From an uncultured Candidatus Saccharibacteria bacterium (lineage in GTDB: Bacteria; Patescibacteriota; Minisyncoccia; Phycocordibacterales; UBA918): 24,000 nucleotides of DNA. The notes beneath the pieces are model-generated. The model searched no databases, was not told the origin of the DNA, and was given only the letters and a program-made list of their open reading frames with translations. Positions 15,590 to 24,000 of this stretch are shown here, piece by piece. Position numbers and translations under genes: made by a program. Each line of letters begins with the position of its first letter. Position 1 is the first letter of the stretch. The stretch is taken from the NCBI GenBank assembly GCA_964502345.1, contig CAZCWH010000006.1:1684-25683 (forward strand), read 5' to 3'.

Positions 15590-16169
15590 TATTTGCCCGC
15601 GTGCCCGTGGGTTTACATTAGTTGAGCTTCTTATTTCAATTGCGATTATTAGTGTCATCTCGGCACTTGTTATCGTCAAGTTCTCGGCGTTTGACAGTAC
15701 CGTTCTTCTTAAGAGTGCTGCATATGAAGTTGCGCTCTCACTCCGTGACGCACAGGTGTACTCAATAAGTGTGCACGGACAAACAGGTCAATTTGATTAT
15801 CCGTACGGTGTACACTTTGTGCCAGGGAATACGTACACCTTCTTTAGAGACAGTGTTGTAGGAGCTTCACCTCCCATCTATCTGGCCGGGACAGATACAA
15901 ATATTAATACGTTCACCATTGGAAGGTCTATAGTCATACAGAGTGTCTGTGTAACGAACTCAGCTGGATCAGAGACATGTGCAACAAGCGCTTCTAATCC
16001 CGTACTCGACATTTCTTTCAGACGACCTGAATTTAGTGCGCTTTTCTACTCTGATTTACTTGGAGGTGGAATAGTATCTGCAAAGATTAAACTCCAATCG
16101 ACTACAGGGACAGAGGTCTGGGTTGTTGAGGTGGGACTCTTGGGTCAAATCTCAGTGTATAAGCAGTGA
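15546..16169 (+). CDS. Minor pilin / pseudopilin 1
   Basis: Prepilin motif RG/FTLVELLISIAIISVISALVIV. The start is uncertain. The only in-frame ATGs (15489, 15546) lie inside pilD. An ATT at 15591 would give a canonical 7-aa leader. Confidence 0.75.
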   Translation: MRISSTSLTASYSSNICPRARGFTLVELLISIAIISVISALVIVKFSAFDSTVLLKSAAYEVALSLRDAQVYSISVHGQTGQFDYPYGVHFVPGNTYTFFRDSVVGASPPIYLAGTDTNINTFTIGRSIVIQSVCVTNSAGSETCATSASNPVLDISFRRPEFSALFYSDLLGGGIVSAKIKLQSTTGTEVWVVEVGLLGQISVYKQ

Positions 16170-16170
16170 T

Positions 16171-16773
16171 ATGTATCGTATGAGTATTTTTAAAGTAAAA
16201 AGGAAGATACCATCACAATCAGGCTTTTCGCTTATTGAACTAATGGTATCGCTCACCATTTTCTCTCTCGTCATGGTGGTGAGTATTAGTACACTTCTCA
16301 CCATTATTGATGCGAATGCGAAAGCACAGGCACTCTACTCGTCGATGACGAACCTCTCCTTTGCTGTCGATAGTATGAGTCGAAACACCCGCACCGCGTA
16401 TGATCACTATTGTGGTAGTTATGCAAATGTGAGTGGTGCTAACCTTCCAGCAGGGAACAGGGACTGTAGCGGTGGAGACGCGATTGTCTTTACGCGTGAA
16501 CGGGATGGGAGTCGAGTCGGGTATCGTTGGGATAGCAACAAGATGACGATTGAGCAAAAAATTGCAGGAGTTGCGAACGACGCATGGCTTCCTATTACCT
16601 CCTCCACAACTAAAATAACAGTTTTTGAGGTAACAGTGGATGGAAGTACAGGCGGGGATGATAGGCAAACAAACGTCACGATACTCATCAATGGGTATGT
16701 AATGAACGGCCTTGATACATCAACAGATTTTGTCCTTCAAACCAATGTTACTCAGCGAATTTTGAATTATTAA
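16171..16773 (+). CDS. Minor pilin / pseudopilin 2
   Basis: Prepilin motif SG/FSLIELMVSLTIFSLVMVV. ATG 16171 follows the upstream stop by 1 nt, so the ORF-track start at 16123 is probably an over-extension. Confidence 0.8.
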   Translation: MYRMSIFKVKRKIPSQSGFSLIELMVSLTIFSLVMVVSISTLLTIIDANAKAQALYSSMTNLSFAVDSMSRNTRTAYDHYCGSYANVSGANLPAGNRDCSGGDAIVFTRERDGSRVGYRWDSNKMTIEQKIAGVANDAWLPITSSTTKITVFEVTVDGSTGGDDRQTNVTILINGYVMNGLDTSTDFVLQTNVTQRILNY

Positions 16774-16774
16774 T

Positions 16775-17392
16775 ATGAAACGTCTTGGACAAAAGAAGTG
16801 TATAGACGCAGTGCAGGGTGGTTTTACTCTTGTAGAAACTCTTGTTGCAATCAGTATCCTCCTTCTTGTAGTTATTGGGCCAATGACTATCGCCGCAAAG
16901 GGAATGCAGATGGGATATTACGCCAATGAGCAGAGTACAGCAGTATTTATGGCACAAGAGGCAATCGAATCGATTCAGAAATTACGTGACGATAATGCCC
17001 TCGCACTCCTCGAGAGTCCTCCGACGAGTGCAAACTCATGGGACTGGTATAACAATCTTCCTGATTCCTGCAAGATGGACGGTGGCAATGATAATGGGTG
17101 TGATTTAGATATTACTGGACCAAGCTATATTAATTGTAATGCGACAAGTACGTGCACAATTGAGATGGATACGAATAATGTCGGTATCGTTATATATGGA
17201 TACGGTGGGGGAGGTTGGGTCCCTACAATTTTTAACCGTTTCATTCGGGTTGAACCAGAAGTTGTGGGGGGTGTCACCATTGGTGCGAAAGTAAGCGTAA
17301 CGGTTACTTGGCCTGCACACCTTTTTTCCGACACGAACCGCGTGGTAAGGATGCAGACATGGATATATGATCACTATCAACACTTTGAATAA
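16775..17392 (+). CDS. Minor pilin / pseudopilin 3
   Basis: Prepilin motif GG/FTLVETLVAISILLLVVIGP. Starts 1 nt after the upstream stop. Confidence 0.8.
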   Translation: MKRLGQKKCIDAVQGGFTLVETLVAISILLLVVIGPMTIAAKGMQMGYYANEQSTAVFMAQEAIESIQKLRDDNALALLESPPTSANSWDWYNNLPDSCKMDGGNDNGCDLDITGPSYINCNATSTCTIEMDTNNVGIVIYGYGGGGWVPTIFNRFIRVEPEVVGGVTIGAKVSVTVTWPAHLFSDTNRVVRMQTWIYDHYQHFE

Positions 17393-17393
17393 T

Positions 17394-17966
17394 ATGAACA
17401 TGTCATCACAAAAACAGAGTGGTTTTACACTTCTCATCACACTCCTCCTCATGAGCGTACTCCTTGGTGTGAGTGGATCGCTTCTCAGTGTGGTGTTACG
17501 TCAGTATCTGCTTTCGGGTATTTCCGAAAATTCAGAGATGGCATTCCAAGCTGCGAATGCAGGTATTGAATGCCTCTTGTACCATGACCATAAGAATGAT
17601 TTAACAACCGGAATAAGTATCTTTGATGTCGATGGTACGTCACCGTTCACTCCCCGTGCTGCGGTCGTCGGTCTTTCATGTATGGGTGACACCTCAAATG
17701 ATGTGAGCGGTAGTGGTGATATAACGAGTGGCGAAGAACAGGAGTTTCAATTTGATTGGGGAAGCCCAGCTCTGTGTACAGAGGTGAGCATCTACAAATT
17801 TAGTAGTGATGTTGCCGCTACAAATATGGCAGGTATTGGTGTCGCAAGGGTGTGTCCGGCAGATAGTGTTTGTACAGTCATAAAATCGCGCGGATACAAT
17901 ACCTCATGTGCGAATATTACGACCATGCCTCGAACAGTTGAACGAGAGCTCGTTCAAGTGTATTAA
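17394..17966 (+). CDS. Minor pilin-like protein lacking Glu5 (PilX/GspK-like)
   Basis: Motif SG/FTLLITLLLMSVLLGV has Ile where Glu5 is expected. ATG 17394 follows the upstream stop by 1 nt. Confidence 0.65.
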   Translation: MNMSSQKQSGFTLLITLLLMSVLLGVSGSLLSVVLRQYLLSGISENSEMAFQAANAGIECLLYHDHKNDLTTGISIFDVDGTSPFTPRAAVVGLSCMGDTSNDVSGSGDITSGEEQEFQFDWGSPALCTEVSIYKFSSDVAATNMAGIGVARVCPADSVCTVIKSRGYNTSCANITTMPRTVERELVQVY

Positions 17967-17988
17967 TCCCGTTAAAGATTATGACGTT

Positions 17989-20276
<2,288 letters not shown>

Positions 20277-20295
20277 GGATGCTAGTATAACGCCC

Positions 20296-20601
20296 ATGCA
20301 AAGAGAAGATATTGAACATTTGGCACGACTTTCACGCATTGAGCTTGCGGGAGATGAAGCCGATGTGCTTGCGGAAAATATCACCTCCATTCTTAATTAT
20401 GTGAGTGAGATTAATGAGATTACGGGGGATGCGGGACTCACTAAAAAAGTTGGACCGGTACATAATGTATTTCGAGAAGATGGAGAGCCTCATGCAGCGG
20501 GTCAGTACACCAATGACCTCCTCAATGCCGCCCCCGATAGAGACGGCGCATATGTGAGGGTCAAGAAAATCTTGGGAGGAGAGCCAAAAAATAAAATATG
20601 A
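20296..20601 (+). CDS. gatC: Asp/Glu-tRNA(Asn/Gln) amidotransferase subunit C
   Basis: Begins MQREDIEHLARLSRIELAGDEADVLAENITSILNYV, typical of GatC. Start taken at ATG 20296. Overlaps gatA by 4 nt. Confidence 0.85.
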   Translation: MQREDIEHLARLSRIELAGDEADVLAENITSILNYVSEINEITGDAGLTKKVGPVHNVFREDGEPHAAGQYTNDLLNAAPDRDGAYVRVKKILGGEPKNKI

Positions 20602-22007
20602 CCATTTCTGAACTCCGAAAAAAATTTATAGCTGGTACCTACACTCCACTTGACGCATATAATGACATGCGAGCCATAATTGATGCGCAAAATGCTGAGC
20701 TCAATGTGTTTATAGATGTGTACGACGACGCGCGAGTTGCTGCAGAAGAAGCTACGGCACGCTACGCAGTGGAGGGGGAGAATGCACCAATGCTTCTTGG
20801 TATGCCAATTGCGATAAAGAACAATATTCTCACAAAAGGAAAGCGTGCCACAGCGGCCTCAAAAATACTTGAAAACTATATTGCGACCTACGATGCAACG
20901 GTTATTGAGCGAATGAAAAAGGATGGACCTGTTTTTATGGGGAGTACCAACCTCGATGAATTCGCCATGGGATCCTCAACAGAGAATTCAGCCTTTGGTG
21001 TTACAAAAAATCCAATTGATCCATCTCGTATCCCTGGAGGTTCTTCAGGGGGTTCTGCAGCGGCAGTTGCTATGGGTGCCGCTGTAGCTGCGCTAGGAAC
21101 GGATACAGGGGGTTCCGTACGACTTCCTGGTAGTTTCTGTGGTCTTGTTGGTTTTAAACCAACCTATGGGGCTATTTCACGGCATGGTCTTATTGCAATG
21201 GGCTCTTCACTCGATCAGGCAGGTACCCTCACGGAGTCAGTAGAGGACGCAGAGATTATTTTCGATGTAGTGAGTGGAAAAGACGTTATGGATGCGACCA
21301 CTATTGATGAGCATACCTATCCTGAAGTCGAGGTGAAGGAAAAATATCGCATTGGAATACCACGAGATTTTCTTATGGGGGGAATTGATGCGGATGTACT
21401 CACTGTTTTTGAAAAAAAGATTCAAGATTTGATTGCAGCGGGACATGAAGTTGTTGATGTTGAGTTACCACTCATGAAGCGAGGGCTCGCAGCATACTAT
21501 GTGGTGATGCCTGCTGAAGTTTCATCAAATTTGGCGCGATACGATGGGGTTCGGTACGGACTACATGTGGAAGGAGACACGCTTCTTGCAGATTATATGA
21601 AGACACGTGCAACAGGTTTTGGTGAAGAGGTGAAACGCAGAATCCTTCTGGGTACCTATGTACTGAGTGCTGGTTACTATGATGCCTACTACGGTAATGC
21701 CGAGAAGGTGCGCGTCATGATGCGTGAAGAACTTGCAAATATTTTTGAGAAAGTAGACCTTATCATGACGCCGACAGCACCTATTGTCGCTCCTAAAATT
21801 GGTGAGAAGAGTGACCCACTCTCGATGTACCTACTCGACATATTCACTGTTCCGGTTAACCTTACGGGTGTACCCGCAATCTCATTACCGAGTGGAACTG
21901 TAGAGAGAGAGGGAATTCAGTTACCGGTTGGGGTACAATATATAGCACCACTGAATGGAGACCGCAGACTTTTTGATTTTGGTAAAAAGGTTCACGATAC
22001 AAAATAG
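20598..22007 (+). CDS. gatA: Asp/Glu-tRNA(Asn/Gln) amidotransferase subunit A
   Basis: 469 aa with the amidase signature GGSSGGSAAAVA...GTDTGGSVRLP. Sits immediately after gatC. Confidence 0.93.
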   Translation: MTISELRKKFIAGTYTPLDAYNDMRAIIDAQNAELNVFIDVYDDARVAAEEATARYAVEGENAPMLLGMPIAIKNNILTKGKRATAASKILENYIATYDATVIERMKKDGPVFMGSTNLDEFAMGSSTENSAFGVTKNPIDPSRIPGGSSGGSAAAVAMGAAVAALGTDTGGSVRLPGSFCGLVGFKPTYGAISRHGLIAMGSSLDQAGTLTESVEDAEIIFDVVSGKDVMDATTIDEHTYPEVEVKEKYRIGIPRDFLMGGIDADVLTVFEKKIQDLIAAGHEVVDVELPLMKRGLAAYYVVMPAEVSSNLARYDGVRYGLHVEGDTLLADYMKTRATGFGEEVKRRILLGTYVLSAGYYDAYYGNAEKVRVMMREELANIFEKVDLIMTPTAPIVAPKIGEKSDPLSMYLLDIFTVPVNLTGVPAISLPSGTVEREGIQLPVGVQYIAPLNGDRRLFDFGKKVHDTK

Positions 22008-22039
22008 TTCAGTATCGTATCTCAACTGGTGGACCAAGC

Positions 22040-22648
22040 ATGTATCCACAAGTAAATTTTGAAGAGAGAACACTCGAAGGTCCCGGAATTGATATTTTCG
22101 GGCTTATTAAAGCAGCATTTGACGCCATTCGGGGTACGGATGGCACCTCGTTTATTGATATGATCGTGGGTTGGTGGAATATTTACTCTGTCATCGCAAT
22201 CATTTTCTCACTTCTTTTTTTCCTCGGATTTATATATGCAAAAATTCGTTACGGTGAACTATCAGATATTGAGCAGGAGGCACTTCGAGAAGCCGAAGCA
22301 AAGTGGCTCGCAATGACAGGGGGATTGAAGACTGAAAACAATAGATGGTCTGAGATAGAGCGCCACAGTAATGAGGAGAATCCAAACTCGTGGCGAATCG
22401 CGATTATCGAGGCCGATATCCTACTTGAGGAGACATTGAATAATGCTGGATATGTTGGCGCAACAATGAGCGAGAAGCTCAAATCAGCAAACGTAACTTC
22501 GTTTACGACATTACAAGATGCATGGGAAGCACATAAGGTTCGTAATGAAATTGCACACGTTGGAAGTGATTTTGTCCTTACAAAACGGATTGCACAAGAA
22601 ACGCTTACGCGATACGAGCGTGTGTTCAAGGAATTTGGCGTTATATAG
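22040..22648 (+). CDS. Membrane-anchored hypothetical protein with C-terminal HEPN-like RNxxxH motif
   Basis: 202 aa. One TM helix (WWNIYSVIAIIFSLLFFLGFIY), then a helical domain ending in WEAHKVRNEIAHVG (the Rx4H pattern of HEPN/DUF4145-type domains). This is motif-level evidence only. Confidence 0.4.
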   Translation: MYPQVNFEERTLEGPGIDIFGLIKAAFDAIRGTDGTSFIDMIVGWWNIYSVIAIIFSLLFFLGFIYAKIRYGELSDIEQEALREAEAKWLAMTGGLKTENNRWSEIERHSNEENPNSWRIAIIEADILLEETLNNAGYVGATMSEKLKSANVTSFTTLQDAWEAHKVRNEIAHVGSDFVLTKRIAQETLTRYERVFKEFGVI

Positions 22649-22742
22649 TTTGCATATCTCTGAGACATGAGGTACATTCTTGTGTACATTATGTTGTTCA
22701 CGTTGAACACATAACACACTTCAACGCGAGTAGAGGAAGAGG

Positions 22743-22811
22743 GTAATCAATCCAGTGGATTGATTACGGGGAGGCGTAGCCTCCCGAGGACTTTCTTTAC
22801 TCCGCAAGGAG
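22743..22811 (+). other. Three consecutive stable hairpins upstream of the initiator tRNA locus (unassigned structured region)
   Basis: Hairpin 1: GTAATCAATCC-AGT-GGATTGATTAC (22743-22767, 11 bp). Hairpin 2: GGGAGGC-GTA-GCCTCCC (22769-22785, 7 bp). Hairpin 3: CTCC-GCAA-GGAG (22800-22811, GNRA-type loop). Confidence 0.5.
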
Positions 22812-22822
22812 ACATATAATCG

Positions 22823-22844
22823 TCAGATTAATTCATCGCGGGGT
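22823..22844 (+). repeat. 22-nt direct repeat, copy 1 (14 nt of upstream leader plus first 8 nt of initiator tRNA)
   Basis: TCAGATTAATTCATCGCGGGGT is identical to 22946-22967. A TATAAT hexamer lies just upstream at 22815-22820. Confidence 0.9.
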
Positions 22845-22867
22845 GAGACAGTCCTGTGGACTGTCGC

Positions 22868-22932
22868 AAGAGGTTGTCCATATTTCGAGTTTACGAGAAA
22901 TATGATACAACCTGAACAGGTTCTGTAAGAAC
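22868..22932 (+). ncRNA. Candidate structured RNA / hairpin module B (homologue of module A at 5062-5143)
   Basis: Sequence: AAGAGGTTGTC-CATATTTC-(loop)-GAAATATG-AT-ACAACCTGAACAG-GTTC-TGTAA-GAAC. It shares AAGAGGTTGTC and ATACAACCTGAACAG with module A. In the stems, paired positions are changed on both sides. Confidence 0.45.
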
Positions 22933-22945
22933 GAGGAGAGGTAGA

Positions 22946-22967
22946 TCAGATTAATTCATCGCGGGGT
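22946..22967 (+). repeat. 22-nt direct repeat, copy 2 (overlaps the true 5' end of initiator tRNA)
   Basis: Identical to 22823-22844. The period is 123 nt. Confidence 0.9.
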
Positions 22968-23030
22968 AGAGGAGAGGTACCTCGGGAGGCTCATAACCTC
23001 CAGACCCCGGTTCGATTCCGGGCCCCGCAA
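22960..23030 (+). tRNA. Initiator tRNA-Met (anticodon CAU); CCA not encoded
   Basis: Reads CGCGGGG-TA-GAGG-AGAGGTA-CCTC-G-GGAGG-CTCATAA-CCTCC-AGAC-CCCGG-TTCGATT-CCGGG-CCCCGCA-A. All four stems pair. The C1xA72 mismatch and A11:U24 pair are bacterial initiator determinants. It is 71 nt long, with a short D loop and a 4-nt variable loop. Confidence 0.88.
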
Positions 23031-23035
23031 CAAGA

Positions 23036-23069
23036 AACACAAAAGCCACCTCAGAGTGGCTTTTGTGTT
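23036..23069 (+). terminator. Rho-independent terminator after initiator tRNA
   Basis: A perfect 14-bp stem: AACACAAAAGCCAC (23036-23049) pairs with GTGGCTTTTGTGTT (23056-23069). The 3' arm is U-rich. Confidence 0.65.
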
Positions 23070-23074
23070 ACGCC

Positions 23075-23124
23075 GTTGCGGGGCCAGCAAGCAAAATGCT
23101 TTGCTTGCGTCGGAATCGAACGAG
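23075..23124 (-). pseudogene. Inverted, degenerate copy of the initiator tRNA 3' half interrupted by a 22-nt hairpin
   Basis: GTTGCGGGGCC (23075-23085) is the exact reverse complement of tRNA positions 23021-23031. GGAATCGAAC (23112-23121) is the reverse complement of the T-loop segment 23010-23019. Between them lies the hairpin GCAAGCAAA-ATGC-TTTGCTTGC (23087-23108). The T stem does not pair, so this is not a functional tRNA. Confidence 0.5.
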
Positions 23125-23292
23125 CGGAACCATGTTTCGGCTAAACAAAATGCCGAAACGGGTGAGCTGAGCTAACAGATACTTATGAGCGTAGCGAATT
23201 AGTAATCTGATGTCGATTCTATACCCTCATTACCTGATTCTGTGACTAAACGCATCCTCAAACACATGTTTTTGTGATATAAATGCAGGCAT

Positions 23293-24000
23293 ATGCAATG
23301 TGTCATTCTTGCGGCCGGCAAAGGTACACGACTCCGACCACTCACAGAGAATTGTCCAAAACCGCTTGTGCAGGTTGCTGGAAAGCCGCTTCTCGACCAT
23401 ATTGTTGAAGCACTCCCTTCAGGTGTTGATGAGCTCATTATTGTTGTTGGCTATTTAGGTGAGATGATCAAGTCGTATTGCGGTTCCGAATTTCATGGGC
23501 GTAAGGTGACATATGTTGAACAAAAGGAGCAGAATGGAACCGCGTGGGCACTGTGGCTTTGCAAGGATCTGATAAAAGGTCGGTTCCTATTCCTTTTTGC
23601 TGACGATATTCATGGGAGGGAAGACCTTGCTCGCGCAACTTCATACACCCGTTCGCTTCTTGTAGCTTCGGTCAGTAACCCAGAGAAGTTCGGTATCGTT
23701 GTCCGAAATCCCGACGGTACACTCGGACTCATGATTGAAAAGCCTGAACACGCGCCCTCAAATTGTGCGAGTACTGGAGCAATGGTTCTTGATGAACATA
23801 TTTTTGAATTCGAGCCACAGACTCCCGTAAAAAATGAATTCTATCTCACGGAGGTGATTGAGCGATATGCCAAGAAATACCCAATTGCAGTAGTGGAACA
23901 GCAACTCTGGATTCCTATCGGATTCCCAGAAGACATTGCACGCGCTGAAAAGTTCCTCTCAATTCGGAAGGATGGACGAGTTGAAGTGGGGAGTATCTAA
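23293..24000 (+). CDS. Sugar-phosphate nucleotidyltransferase (NTP_transferase family, G1P thymidylyl/uridylyltransferase-like)
   Basis: 235 aa. N-terminal signature VILAAGKGTRLRPLTENCPKPLV, with downstream GTAWAL and EKP motifs. The stop is at the window end. Confidence 0.85.
   Translation: MQCVILAAGKGTRLRPLTENCPKPLVQVAGKPLLDHIVEALPSGVDELIIVVGYLGEMIKSYCGSEFHGRKVTYVEQKEQNGTAWALWLCKDLIKGRFLFLFADDIHGREDLARATSYTRSLLVASVSNPEKFGIVVRNPDGTLGLMIEKPEHAPSNCASTGAMVLDEHIFEFEPQTPVKNEFYLTEVIERYAKKYPIAVVEQQLWIPIGFPEDIARAEKFLSIRKDGRVEVGSI

Noticed and set aside
23070-23200. Functional minus-strand tRNA (TAGCTCAGC, CTCATAA and GTTCGATTCC-like strings)
   Set aside because: The elements are in the wrong order for a tRNA, the T stem does not pair, and the acceptor copy is separated by a 22-nt hairpin. 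I treat it as a decayed fragment.
23199-23438. 79-aa minus-strand ORF
   Set aside because: It overlaps the start of the well-supported nucleotidyltransferase gene in antisense and has no recognisable features.

Overview
This is a low-GC bacterial chromosomal segment, about 45% GC in hand-counted stretches. The gene content suggests a small-genome, monoderm-like organism of the CPR/Patescibacteria type; that placement is inference from content, not a search result. From left to right the window holds: recG (its 3' end runs off the window start); a self-contained high-GC orphan gene with its own consensus promoter and terminator; a malic enzyme gene; a membrane-anchored cupredoxin-like gene; and tRNA-Ser(GCU) surrounded by tRNA-derived repeats. 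Next come comFC and a contiguous type IV pilus locus: pilM, pilN-like, pilO-like, a small TM protein, pilB, a stand-alone receiver domain, pilT, pilC, two pilins, pilD and four minor pilins, with no secretin. After that are a small GIY-YIG nuclease, ligA, gatC-gatA, a membrane protein with a HEPN-like RNxxxH motif, an initiator tRNA-Met locus again surrounded by tRNA-derived repeats, and a sugar-phosphate nucleotidyltransferase. Two things stand out. First, a roughly 65-nt hairpin-rich module occurs next to both tRNA genes, on opposite strands, with compensatory base changes in its stems; it is bracketed by duplicated tRNA termini. Second, there is a foreign-composition gene cassette at 1.8-3.0 kb. 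No integrase, transposase, cas gene or CRISPR array is visible.
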